From Felis catus (taxonomy: Eukaryota), in assembly GCF_018350175.1 (NCBI RefSeq), contig NC_058374.1:115010001-115074000 (forward strand): DNA of 64,000 bases, read 5' to 3'. A program made the translations under genes and the position numbers. Numbering within the stretch: the first letter of the stretch is position 1; every line of letters starts with the position of its first letter. The notes beneath the pieces are model-generated. The model did no database searches. It was given only the letters and a program-made list of their open reading frames with translations, and had not been told where the DNA came from. Shown here piece after piece: positions 23,880 through 36,153 of the stretch.

Positions 23880-24400
23880 TATATTACCCAGGGTTCACCA
23901 GACAAATAATACNNNNNNNNNNNNNNNNNNNNNNNNNNNNNNNNNNNNNNNNNNNNNNNNNNNNNNNNNNNNNNNNNNNNNNNNNNNNNNNNNNNNNNNN
24001 NNNNNNNNNNNNNNNNNNNNNNNNNNNNNNNNNNNNNNNNNNNNNNNNNNNNNNNNNNNNNNNNNNNNNNNNNNNNNNNNCTGAGGAAGGGGGTTGGGGT
24101 ATGTGATGGTCTAAGTTCCAGCCTGAGCTGAGAACCAGGAGCATGACGCCTGAGGGCAGGAGTAGATGGATGTCCCAGCTCAGGCAGAGAACAAATTCTC
24201 CCTTCCTCTGCTTTTCTGTTCTTATTCAGGCCCTTGATAGATTGGACAATGCCCACCCACATGGGGGAGGGTGATCTTCACTCACTCTACCCATACTAGT
24301 CCTTTCCAGAAACACTCTCACAGACATACCAGGAAATGTTTTAGCAGGTATCTGGGCGTTTCTCTGCCCAGTCATGTCAACATGTGAGATCAGCCGTCAT
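23880..24400 (-). mobile_element. MLT2 LTR (partly masked)
   Basis: ATTACCCAGGGTTCACCAGA start; TTCAGGCCCTTGATAGATTGGACAATGCCCACCCACATGGGGGAGGG; CCAGAAACACTCTCACAGACATACC. Confidence 0.85.
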
Positions 24401-26043
24401 AGTGACGCAATGGAAAAGTGTTTAGGGCAGAATTGACGTGCTGGGCGTTTAAATATAACACCTAGGAGTGTCTGAGGAAGAACACTTGGAGGGCTCCTAG
24501 AACTAAAAATAGAGTCAAAAATGAAGTTTAAAATGAAGTCCTGGTTTAGGGGGTGAGACTACCATCCTGCTGCTTTTTAGAAAGCTAAGATAAAAACAAA
24601 CACATAACTATGTATTGAGCACATACTATTTGTCAAATGCTGTGACTATTTGGCTCCAGCTTTACAATTTATAAAGAAAGCACTTTCACATATACAGTCT
24701 TGTTTACCTCCCACAACAGTCTTATGAGGGAGAATGATCTCCATTTTAGAAATGAGGAAACTGAGATGCATAGAAGTTAAATAACTTGCTTATGGTCCTT
24801 GGTCCTTGAGTGGGGCTTGGGCTCTGGGAGTTATTCAGAGAAGGACAGATACAGCCCTGGGAATGGAGTTCCGGTTCTCCATGCCACCGTCTCCTGTTCC
24901 TTCAGGACTTAGTGGAGACCTGCCACTTTCCTTTTATCTAGATCAGGTTCTGACTTCCAGAAGCATAAGACTGCAGCATGGGGGCGCCCAGAAAAGACGC
25001 TTCCATGCGAAGTGAACAACCTCACCAGGGGCACCTCCATTATTCACAGTGGTGTGTCCTCGCCTCAGGAGGTGTCCGGGAAAGTCACATAAGATGCACA
25101 CAAGAGAGGGCCACTAGAAGGAGGGGTGAGATGGGGTGTGGAGTCATTTTACGGGGAAGTGGAAGGTCACAGGTCACAGGTCGGCACACGGCGAGATACA
25201 TCAGTAAGGGGAATTCTAGGGTTGTGTCTAGACATTGGCTCCTGGAAATAAAGTGAATCATAAATAAGAATCTTTCTGGAGCTGTTCTGAGAGGCAGGAA
25301 CCCCTCCTTCATGGCCTTAAAGCAGCTTTGCTGGAGTGTGTTTTTACCGCCGTGTCCCTGCCCCTAAGCCCGGTGTAGGTACGCAATGTTTATGAGAGTT
25401 TACCTGGTCCGCCCTCTCTTCTCTGCCAGATATGAGCTGCCAGCTCAAGCACAACCTCCTCACCTCAATCAATTCTGCAAACATTTATGGAACATCTTTT
25501 CTCTGGTGGGCACCTTGTTAGGACTTATGGGAAATGCCAAGGTGAAATGCCCAGATCAACACGGACAAGCGTCACGGGGGAACACTTGCTCGTCCCAAGC
25601 GTGACCTCTGGCCCTGCTTTCCCGGTCCTTTTGGTGTAACATCCCCCACCAAGTCAGGAACTTTAGTGTGACCCCCCCCCCGCCAAAGTCACTTTCTCTG
25701 GCACCCCTCACACTCAACCAATGTCCAAGGCTCATTGGGGTGCTGCCCCTAATTCCGTTGTCTCCAAGTATCCCAAGTGAGGGGGCTGATCATCTGTCAA
25801 GGGGTGATTTCAACAACCACGTCCGTCCATCTCGCTTTGCCCTCATCAAATTCAGCTTTCCCACCATGACCATCAGAGTGACCCCCGCAACATGTAAATC
25901 CAGATGCATGTCCCCCTGGGTGGAAACCAGTCTCCACAGCATCTTGCTCTATCTGCATTCCACTCGCAGAACTATCAGGAGCTAAGAACAAATGTGTGTA
26001 AACCACTTCAGCCTATCTGGGAGAATGTAAGAGTGCTATTTTT

Positions 26044-26441
26044 GTTTTTTGATGTATTTTTATCTTTTAAGATCGAGATATAATTGGGGCACCTGGGTGG
26101 CTCAGTCGGCCGCGTGTCTGACTTCGGCCCAGGTCACGATCCCGTGCTTTGTGGGTTCGAGTCCCGTGTCGGGCTCTGTGCTGACAGCTCAGAGCCTAGA
26201 GCCTGCTTCCGATTCTGTGTCTCCCTCTCTCTCTGCCTGCCCCCCACTATGTCTCTCTATCTCCCCAAAATAAATAAACGTTAAAAAATTATTTAAAATC
26301 GAGACATAATTAACATCTAACATTGTGTAAGTTTAGGATATATAACATGTTGATTTGATACGTTTATAGATGACAACATGATTATCACCCCATCCCATAA
26401 CATTATTTCTTTCTTATGATTATAACACTTAAGATCTAGTG
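26044..26441 (-). mobile_element. Short L1 3'-end fragment containing a nested SINE
   Basis: T-rich tail, then ATAATTAACATCTAACATTGTGTAAGTTTAGG...ATGATTATCACC...AACACTTAAGATCTA (antisense L1MA/L1_Carn 3' UTR-like), bounded by AGAGTGCTA.TTTT repeats. Confidence 0.7.
26086..26294 (+). mobile_element. CAN-SINE nested in the L1 fragment
   Basis: 17-bp TSD AA(G/A)ATCGAGA(T/C)ATAATT at 26069-26085 and 26295-26311. Confidence 0.94.
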
Positions 26442-26456
26442 AGAGTGCTAATTTTT

Positions 26457-26658
26457 AAAAATGTTTATTTATTTATTTTGAGAAAGAGAGAGCACAAGCA
26501 GGGGAGGGGCAGAGAGAGGGGGAGAGAGAATCCCAAGCAGGCTTTACACCATCAGTGCAGAGCCTGACCCGGGACTCCCATCTCGTGAACCAGGAGATCA
26601 TGACCCGAGCCAAAATCAAAAGCTGCAAGCTTACGTGACTGAGCCACCCAGGTGCCCC
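26457..26658 (-). mobile_element. CAN-SINE
   Basis: Body and head GAGCCACCCAGGTGCCCC; TSD AGAGTGCTA(A)TTTTTAAA at about 26442 and 26660. Confidence 0.93.
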
Positions 26659-27600
26659 AAGAGTGCTATTTTTAAACCTGTTTTTGTACTGAAGGTAAGT
26701 CAGTATCTTTTCTTACCTGTAATTTCACTGACCCTGAACTATTTTCCTTCTTGAATAATCTGAATTAAGGTGGAGGGTGAGCATGTGCCTAGACCTTTCA
26801 GTTGTGGGAATTAAAAAAAAAATCACCCTTACCTCTCTTATTTGTCTTTCTAGGGTGAGGACTGTACAAATGCCAAAATGTGGGTTAGAGGGAAGGAAGG
26901 TTATTCAGTGATGGAATCTTCCATGTACACTGACTTCTTAGACTGCACGATACAAGATTTCAGCTTTTCCCCTTTCTTTGTTCTTCTCCAAGTTAGTTAT
27001 TTTTTAGTTTTACCTTTCTAAGAGTCAGATTTACTGGGGAATAATTTACGGAAAAGAAAATTTACCCCTTTAAGAGTATATCGTTCAGTGAGTTCTGTCC
27101 ATTGTATACAGTCGTGTAATTGCTGCCTGAATCAAAACGTAAAACCTTTCTACCAACTCCAAAAGCCTCCTCGTGCTCCTCCACAGTCAGTCTCCTCACC
27201 CACCCCCATTTCCTGGCAACATCTAATCTGTTTTCCAGAAAGGCACGTCAATGGACTTCTATAATATGTAGCCTTTTGTGTCTAGCTTCTCATACTTCAC
27301 ATACTGCTTCCGGACGAATTCATAGTGTTGTATGTGTCCGTAGTTTGCTTTTTTTTTTTTTTTTAATTGTTGACTATTATTGTCCTATGGTCTGGATATA
27401 GTATGATTTTTTAATCTATTTACCGGCTGGTGAACATTTGGGCTGCTTCCAGTCTTTAGCTAGTATGAAGACGTTGTTACAAACATTCATGTACAGGCCT
27501 TTGTGCGGACATACGAAATCATTTCTCTTGCATAAATACCTGGGGTGGTAGTACCAACCACAGGGAGTGCATGTTTGATTTTATAAGAAACCACTAAGCT

Positions 27601-27861
27601 ATTTTATTTTTATTTTTANNNNNNNNNNNNNNNNNNNNNNNNNNNNNNNNNNNNNNNNNNNNNNNNNNNNNNNNNNNNNNNNNNNNNNNNNNNNNNNNNN
27701 NNNNNNNNNNNNNNNNNNNNNNNNNNNNNNNNNNNNNNNNNNNNNNNNNNNNNTGCCAGCGCACAGCCCCACTTGGGGCTCGATCTCATGAACCATGAGA
27801 TCATGACCTGAGCTGAAATCAAGAGGCAGATGCTTAACTGACAGAGCCACCCAGGCACCCC
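27601..27861 (-). mobile_element. CAN-SINE (partly masked)
   Basis: Tail, N-run, then GAGATCATGACCTGAGCTGAAATCAAGAG...CCACCCAGGCACCCC; TSD ACCACT(A/C)A(G/A)CT at 27590-27600 and 27862-27872. Confidence 0.88.
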
Positions 27862-28410
27862 ACCACTCAACTGTTTTCAAGTGGTTTTACCATGTTCCGT
27901 TCTCACCAGCAATGTGAGAGTTGCAGTTGCTTCATATGCCTGCCAGAGTTTGATAATGCCAATCTTTAAAATTTTCGGCATGCTAGTGGGTGTGCAGTGG
28001 TATTTTATCATGTTTTCACTTAGATTTCTCTAAATTCAAATTAGCATCTTTTAATGAATTGATTGGTCATTTATATACACTCTGTGATGAAAAGTGTCTG
28101 TTTAAATATTTTGACGACTTTTTAGTTGGACTTTTATATTCTAACCAAGCTGTGAAGGTTTTTTATAAGTATTCTAGATACAAGTTCCTTATCAGATATA
28201 GAATTTTCTAATAATTTTCCAAGTCTGTGGCTTTTAAGATTTTTGTCAACATTATCTTTTTTTTTTGTAACAGCTTTATTGAGATATATTCACATAACAT
28301 TATCTTTCGAAGAGCAGAAAGTTTTCATTTTGATGTCAAGTCCAATGTATCAATATTTTCTTATGGTTTGTGATGTGTGTGTCCTGTGTAAGAAACCTTT
28401 GCCTGACCCA

Positions 28411-28952
28411 GCAGCACTATCAACAATAGCCAAANNNNNNNNNNNNNNNNNNNNNNNNNNNNNNNNNNNNNNNNNNNNNNNNNNNNNNNNNNNNNNNNNN
28501 NNNNNNNNNNNNNNNNNNNNNNNNNNNNNNNNNNNNNNNNNNNNNNNNNNNNNNNNNNNNNNNNGAATGAAATCTTGCCATTTGCAACTAACTATGTGGA
28601 TGGAACTAGAGGGTATTATGCTAAGCAAAATTAGTCAGAGAAAGACAAAAATCATATGATTTCACTCATATGAGAACTTTAAGACACAGAACAGATGAAC
28701 ATAAGGGAAGGGAAGCAAAAATAATATAAAAGGGAAGGGAAGCAAAAATAATATAAAAACAGGGAGGGGGACAAAACATAAGAGACTCTTAAATATGGAG
28801 AACAGAGGGTTACTGGAGGGGTTGTGGGAAGGGGGATGGGCTAAATGGGTAAGGGGCATTCAGGAATCTACTCCTGAAATCATTGTTGCACTATATGCCA
28901 ACTAACCTGGATGTAAATTAAAAAATAAATAAATTATTCTAAAAAAAAAAAA
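28411..28952 (+). mobile_element. 5'-truncated carnivore L1 3' end with poly(A)
   Basis: TSD AAGAAA(T)C(C/G)TTTGCCTGACCCA at 28390-28410 and 28953-28974; 27-bp tandem duplication AAGGGAAGGGAAGCAAAAATAATATAA at 28703-28756. Confidence 0.93.
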
Positions 28953-29392
28953 AAGAAATCGTTTGCCTGACCCAAGGTAACAAGATTTTCTCCTTTGTTT
29001 TCTCAGAAGTTTTATAGTTTTGTCTCTTATATTTGATTTAAAGTTAATGTTTGTGTGTGGTATGAAGTAAGGGTCAAGATTCGGTTTTTTGGTGTATGGA
29101 CGTCCAATTGTTTCAGCACCATTTGTTGAAAAACTATCCTTTCTTCATTGAATTACCTGGGCAGTTTTGTCTAAAATCAGTTGACTACATTTTGGTGGAT
29201 CTATTTCTGGACTCTCTAGTCTGTTCCCTTGATCTGTATTTTTGTCTTTAGACCAGTATTACTCTGTCTTGATTACTATAGCTTTAGAATAAAAATTCAA
29301 ATCAGATAACGTGACTCCTCCAGCTTTGTTATTCTTTTTCTAGAATAATCTAGAATAATTTCTAGGTCCTTTGCATTTCCAAATACATTTTA

Positions 29393-31896
29393 TTTCTTTA
29401 TTTTTTGGCAAAATTCATTTTTATTAATAAAAAATAAACACTTATTCCAGTGTCAGTTGTTATACTTGAAGTGCTAATAAAAAAAAATTTAAAATAATCA
29501 CTCCATCATCCTGTTTTGACTAAGACAATGAAGCTGTGGCTTACGAAAAAAGTATTCAGCACCATTTGCTCATAGGCCTTTCAGAATTTATTCTTAAAGT
29601 TTCTGGAACTTTCCTGTCTGTAAAGAACAGGAATTACTGAGCTACAAGAGGCAGCCTCTCTGGGACAACCAAAGAGAAGTTAAGCAATCATCGTAAAAGG
29701 AATCCGTGTACATTTAGCACAGTAAACTTGGACAGTACAACGATCCCCTTCCCTCTAGCTCAGGAGGGATGTGCTTCTAAGCACTGGAGTATGAAGAGGT
29801 AGACTGTTATTTGCTGTCAGAATTAGTTAATAACAGTAAATCTCTGGCACGGATGCTACTGGTCCTTAACATCCTGTGATTTTAGGAAATTCTGTAAATA
29901 GTTTGGATTTGATTCAGTTTATTCAGAAAATAAACCTGTTGAATAAGGTTCACTACTCTGCCAAAGCATCGCTGGTTTAGTATCCTTATAAAATATATAT
30001 AATATGTGCAGGTGAATCATAGTCTTAAAGCATATTTAGGAGTGCCTGGTGGCTCAGTTGGTTAAGTGGGTAAGCGTCTGATTTCAGCTCAGGTCATGAT
30101 CTCACAGCTTGTGAGTTCAAGCCCTGGGTCAGGCTCTGCACTGACAGCTCAGAGCCTGGAGCCTGTTTCAGATTCTGTCTCTCTCCCCACCACCCCCCCG
30201 TGTCTCCCCTGCTTGTGATTTCTCTCTCTCTCTCAAAAAAATAAACATTAAAAGAATAAAGTATACATATTCAAACCAAAATCTATGTCAACAAAATGCC
30301 TATAATTAAAAGCACTTGATGGAACGAAATACAAAGTTATGACAAGGGAGACTTACTCTCACTAAGCTGTGTTGCTTAGAGAAGTTACAAAAGGATGTGC
30401 CCTTAAAGCCATTCGAAGACGTGTAAGGAGACAGCCTCTCCTCATTCTTTACCATAGGATTCCAACCGAGGATGGGCCAGAAATTAGCATTTTTAAATAT
30501 TTCAGAAAAGTCCACCGAAGTGTTAAGACTTTTAAGAATGTCTCCCTATCTTTCTGTATTTGTGAGCAGTAGTGCTCATCAGCACTTCCTAACAGTGCAA
30601 AGGCAAAGGCAAGTGCATATATTCACTCAGATGTTAGAAGAATGGGAGGTGAACTGTTAGGGCCATCCTTAGCTGGAGCTTCTGTGGGTTTTTTACTATA
30701 TGCTGATCACCAGTGAGTCAGGTGAACTTTTGTGAGAGAATAGTGTTTGGTGGCCAAGACTTCTTTTGGGCATTTCTTTCTAAGTGGAATACACAGCAGG
30801 TAAGGGAGTAGGGGAGGTAATACAGGGAATCTACTCTTTGCAGCTCAGAAGGAGTTGAGGAAGCCCATACAGGCAGTCAGGAAGCCCAGGGGATCCCCTA
30901 GCTGTGGATAATGGCTAACGTGGTCATCCAGAATCGACACTGTGGTGTTTTCCTGTACAGCTCCAAAAACTCTGGATAAGGGATTTATGGGATCCAATGG
31001 TCCATAGATAAAATGAATGGGGACAGTTAGAGAAGCCAGAGCTCCCATCCAGCATCTTCTAAACGTCTTCCTCAGGTTGATGTACTGTAAAAGACTGTCG
31101 ATAACTAAGCTTCCATCATTGTGTCAGATCCCTGCCCACATGTCCCATGGCTCACTCTTAGAGAGGCGGGTGTACAGCCTAAAGACTGGGATGAGACCTC
31201 AAGAGAATACAAAGAAGTTCATCAATCGTGTGAGGATGGGTGACATCATGCCTCCATCTTTGAGAAACTTTTGGAGAAGGAGAGGACGGTAAGTCTCAGG
31301 AAATATACCTTCCATTTGACAGATAGAGACTCCTTATGGTAAGCCTACCAGATCGATTCTGCCTGAACCTACAAAGCAGCTCCTGAGCAACGATATCTCC
31401 ATAATCATGAGACAAAAGGTTGATCCTGTGGTTCTGGAACCCCAGGTACCACGAAAGTGCCTCCACAATTCTGGCCTGCTCAAACATGGAATAGTAATGT
31501 GGTCTCAATTTGTTACTGAAGCCAAAGCCCACGAAATCAAGGGCAATCACTTGATGAAACCTTAGGGTTTCCCAAATCCTCTACTAATCATAGCTGCAAT
31601 GTTAGAAGGCCATGTAAAAGCACAACTATCTCAGGACTTCCAACCACACCAGAAGAGTCTTGGTAGAAGATGCGCAATCCCTTGTAGGCGAAAAATTTGC
31701 CTGACAACTTCCAGGAGTAAAGAGCAGGAGAAAGCTGGGGGTGGGGGGTAGGGGGCGGGGGAGGGGTGGGATATGCAGACAGGCTGTGAGCAAGGGCACA
31801 GCCAATAGCCCAACCTGAACCCACCACTCCCTCATCCTCATCAGGTGAGACCGAGACTACAAGGCTCCATGTTTGGGGGAAACGGTTGCGCATGTG
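29393..31896 (-). pseudogene. MEST: MEST (PEG1) processed pseudogene with 5' UTR piece, CDS, full 3' UTR and A-tail
   Basis: Intronless [16 protein letters not shown] (ATG 31835), [98 protein letters not shown] stop (30845-30847); many frameshifts. AATAAA at 29420-29425 (minus), A-rich tail, perfect 16-bp TSD TTCCAAATACATTTTA at 29377-29392 and 31897-31912. Confidence 0.96.
30039..30257 (+). mobile_element. CAN-SINE inserted in the MEST retrocopy 3' UTR
   Basis: GGAGTGCCTGGTGGCTCAG...TCAGGTCATGATCTCACAG...GAGCCTGGAGCCTGTTTCAGATTCTGTCTC...AAAAAATAAAC. Confidence 0.9.
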
Positions 31897-33419
31897 TTCC
31901 AAATACATTTTAGAATCAGTTTGTTGATTTTTACAACACAAGGAGAAAGGCTGTTGAGATTTTGTTTAACAACATTGACCTTCCCATCCATGAGCATGGT
32001 CTGTCTCTTCATTTAATTTTCCTTAACTTTTCTCAGCAAAATTTTCTTTTACATGTACAGCTCTTGCATATATTTTATTAACTTTATTAATATTTCATGT
32101 TTTTAAATCTATTGTAGGTGGTATTACTAACATTTTCAATTTCCAGTAGTTTGTTACTGGTAATTAGTAAAACTTATTTTTTGTATTGATCTTGTATCCC
32201 GAAACCTAGCTAAACTCACATATTTGTTGTAGTAACTGTTTTTGTTTTTGATTCCTTACAATTTTCTATGTAGAGATTATGCTGTTTGTAACTAAAGACA
32301 TTTTTGTTTCTTCCTTTACGATCTATATACTTTTATTTATTTTCTTGTCTTAAGGCACAGGCCAGTACCTCCAATACAATGGTGAAAAGAAGTTGTAAAA
32401 ATGGACATTCTTGCTTTCTTCCCAATCTTAGTGGGGGAGCCTTCAATCTTTCACCATTNNNNNNNNNNNNNNNNNNNNNNNNNNNNNNNNNNNNNNNNNN
32501 NNNNNNNNNNNNNNNNNNNNNNNNNNNNNNNNNNNNNNNNNNNNNNNNNNNNNNNNNNNNNNNNNNNNNNNNNNNNNNNNNNNNNNNNNTGTTGAATTTT
32601 ATAAATGATTTTTTTACATGTATTAAGACATGATTTTACTCTTTTAGTCTGTTGAGATTGTGAATTACCAACTGACTGTGAATGTTGAACCAACCTCGCC
32701 TTCCTGGAATATATCCAAGTGGGTCATTCATATATCATCNNNNNNNNNNNNNNNNNNNNNNNNNNNNNNNNNNNNNNNNNNNNNNNNNNNNNNNNNNNNN
32801 NNNNNNNNNNNNNNNNNNNNNNNNNNNNNNNNNNNNNNNNNNNNNNNNNNNNNNNNNNNNNNNNNNNNNNNNNNNNNNNNNCCTCCTAGAATGAGTTGTG
32901 AAATATTCCCACTTTTATTTTGGGGGGAAAATTTAACAAAGAATAGGTGTTATTTCTTAAGTGTTTGGTGAAATTCACCAGTGAAGCTTTCTGAATCTGG
33001 AATCTATTTCTTTATAACAATAGGGTTATACAGATTACCCATTTCTTTTGGGTAGGGTTTGGTGTTTGGTGTTTTATTCTTTTGTAGTGGTCATCTTTCC
33101 GTGAGACGTTGTCATATTATAACTGTTTTCTGATTTCCCAGTTGCTATTAGTGATATTTATTTATTCATACCATCTTTATTTACTATGCTATCTTTATTT
33201 TTGTCCATTTAATGGCTGGAATCAACAGATTGCAATATAATTAATCTGGTAGAGAATGAGCATGTGGTGGGGTTGGGGGGGAAACTAGGTGATAGTGGCA
33301 AACAGAAGGCATGATAGACTTTGGACTAAAAATTCTATGTGGTGAAAGATAAGGATTTGCCTGATGACTTTGCCAGGCAAATTTGTCTCTTTTAAGTATT
33401 GGTGTTAAAAATGGGAAGG

Positions 33420-33616
33420 GTGGCGCGCCTAGGTGGCTCAGTGGGTTAAGCGCCCAACTCTTGATTTCAGTTCAGGTCATGAATTCAAGCCCCGCATCGG
33501 GCTCTGCACTGAGAGCATGGAGTCTGCTTGGGACTCTCTCTCTCTCCTCTCTCTGCCCCTCCTGTGCGTGCCCTCTCTTTCTCCCTTGAAATAAATAAAC
33601 ATTTAAAAAAATAAAA
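33420..33616 (+). mobile_element. CAN-SINE
   Basis: GGCGCGCCTAGGTGGCTCAGTGGGTTAAGCG...CTTGGGACTCTCTC...AAATAAATAAAC. Confidence 0.92.
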
Positions 33617-34002
33617 GAGGGAAGGAATAAAAGAGGGCAGGGGGAAGGGGAGAACTTGAAATAAAATCTCTGCAACACTGGAAAAGCCAAAGGGAAAAAT
33701 GGCAGGACTTACCAGCATGATGTCCACAGAGTTATTTCTAAATAGATTTTTTTCAATGTATTTTATAAGAAATAAGACTTTCCTTTTATGTTTATTTTAG
33801 AATTGTTGGCACATACTGAAATGTAACAATTTCTTGATTGGGAATATTTTAAAACAAAACAAAGGAACCTAACCTTTCCCTTCAACTTCTATCCTTTGCT
33901 TTTGTTCAAATGTTGTAAATAACATTTGAAAATATTACAGCCACATTTGTTGGGATAGGTGCTTTTAGTGACTTGAATGACCTATTTAAAAAGCAACTTA
34001 CC

Positions 34003-34212
34003 TGAGGCCCCTGGGTAACTCAGTTAGTTGAGCAGCCAACTCTTGATTTCAGCTCAGGTCATGATCCCAGTGTTGTGGGATTGAGCCCCGCTTCAGGTTC
34101 TGTGCTGGGTGTAGAGCCTGCTTGATATTCTCTCTTTCTCTTTCTCTTTCTCTCTCTGCCCCTCTTCCCTGATCGTGTTCTGTTTCTCTCTCTAAAATTA
34201 AAAAAGAAAAAA
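34003..34212 (+). mobile_element. CAN-SINE
   Basis: Perfect 15-bp TSD AAAAAGCAACTTACC at 33988-34002 and 34213-34227. Confidence 0.93.
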
Positions 34213-35473
34213 AAAAAGCAACTTACCCTCCAAGCTACTTTTCCACTTAAAAATGTTTTCTTTGTTCATATTAAACTCTATACTGTTTTCCCAAGGACAA
34301 TTTGTTTACAAGTACAGAATAACCTACTTAATCAACTTCGGCTTAATTTATTTACACATAAACTAGGCATTTTTTCCTACTATTGCCAACGTGTTATGTG
34401 AATAAGGTCAGGTATATGTTATAATACATTGGTGAAGAGAGATTTAAGCCATTATATACAGGCAAACTGGTGACATTATATTGCTTTCCATTAGGTCAGG
34501 GCACGACCATTATAATTTTAACATGCTACATTAGCAGAAAAGGCCTGTATATGTGACCAGCGTGCCTTCCAATGTGGAATGTGTATGGAGGTTGTCCCAT
34601 GGCTCAAGGAGATGGCAATTGTGCTATTCAGAGCTTGCCTTTTGTAGCCCTGCCACATGCCTTAGGTTAAAGTTAGTCTCACCCATGACTGCCAATCTCT
34701 AGCCTGGTTCACTGGGTACTGCTGCTTCTCAGAATTCCATGAGTAAGCCAGGAGTGCTGTTTGTTATTTACTAATAGGTATTTCTTCTGACTGCTCTGCT
34801 TACCACATCATCACACCAGGCCTTGACCTTTGTGAACTTCTCTGGAAAATCAAACATACCTAGAAGCTGCCCAGGCTTATGTATAAAAACATCATCAGTT
34901 TCTCTTTGGGAGGTTGTGGAGTGGGGCTTGGAAGGTGATTTGAATGAGAAGGAAACACAACTGCTCATCAAATCCAAGCTTTTTTTTTTGTTTTGAGAAA
35001 ACACGAATCCCGAGAAGTTAAGGGGCTTGATCCAGGTCCCCTCTCCTGTGAAGCCTTTCTGGACTTCCCAAGGTGGTTGTAGGGGTGCTCCCCAGCTGTT
35101 TGCAAAACCAGTCTGCATTTCTCTATTACTTTTAACCCTTTGTTAGCATCATCAGTGATGTCCCTCTCACTTAACTGAGACCCTCTTAAGAGTGGGCTGG
35201 ATTATATTTGTCTACAAGGCCTAGAGCATTTAAATACTCATGAACATTTATTGGGTGGGTGAGTCTCTCACATGCTGTCTACTAGGTACCATAGTTGTGA
35301 GGTCAGGCTCCAGAGATTAAGAAGAAATTCTAAAACAGCCAACTTCTTCTTGGTAACACACCAGAGTCGGAAGGCTAAGCCATAGATTAAGGTGAGCATC
35401 TGGGGAAGATGAAAAGTCAAGGGATCCAGGGCAGAAAAGTGGTAAACACATTTGTTTCCTTACTTGTGGATGC

Positions 35474-35900
35474 ATTCAATTCATTCATTCATTCATTCAT
35501 TCATTCACTTTATACTGGGTATCTACTATGGGCCAGGAGCTTCTTTAGGCATTGGGGATAGAGTAGTGATTATAACATACAAAATCTCTGCTTATGTTTC
35601 AATGAGAGAAAGACATTAAACAAATGACAAATAAAAGCCATTATAATCTCAGGTAGTAGTAGCTGCTGAGATGAAAAATAAAGCAGGAGAAAGAAATGGT
35701 CATTGATAAGAAACGGGAGGCCTCTCTGAGCAAAGACCCAAACAAAGTGAGGGAGTGATGCCATGAGAATATGGGGCAAAGAGCAAGTGCAAAGGCCTTG
35801 AGGCAGGCTTGTATGTTTGAGAAATGAGGCAAGAGGATTAGAACATCGTGAGGGAGAAGAAAGAGGACAAGGAAAATTATTCTGCACCAGCGAAACGATG
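35474..35900 (-). mobile_element. L2 3' fragment with an (ATTC)n terminus
   Basis: (ATTC)n followed by TACTATGGGCCAGG...TAGGCATTGGGGATAGAG and GGGAGGCCTCTCTGAG, antisense L2a motifs. Confidence 0.75.
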
Positions 35901-35973
35901 TCCTTTCTAGCACCAAAGTCTTATGATTGGTGATCCTCTGACTATACAACCAATTCAATACAGAAAGACCCAT

Positions 35974-36153
35974 ACAGAACTATCTTCTGTATGATGAGCA
36001 TCTCTTACTTCTCCCCTGGCGCTACTCAATACCAATTCCCTTTTACAAGGTCCTGCCTTCTCCACCCCATGATGGAGCCTACTCCTTGGTGTCCTGGCCG
36101 GCTTCAGTGCTCTGGGTCAGGGATTCCAGGAGGGAGAAGCTGGGCAGATGGCT
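35974..36153 (+). repeat. Left arm of a 180-bp inverted repeat
   Basis: Base-by-base comparison with the reverse complement of 37287-37466 gives 176/180 identities and no gaps. Confidence 0.96.

Larger units (their letters stand above)
27000..33110 (-). mobile_element. Old L1M element, fragmented by later insertions (SINE, young L1, MEST retrocopy)
   Basis: Antisense L1M motifs in colinear order at 27000-27600, 27860-28410, 28975-29392 and 31913-33110, e.g. GTCCAATTGTTTCAGCACCATTTGTTGAAAAACTATCCTTTCTTCATTGAATT and CAGTACCTCCAATACAATGGTGAAAAGAAGT. Confidence 0.8.
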
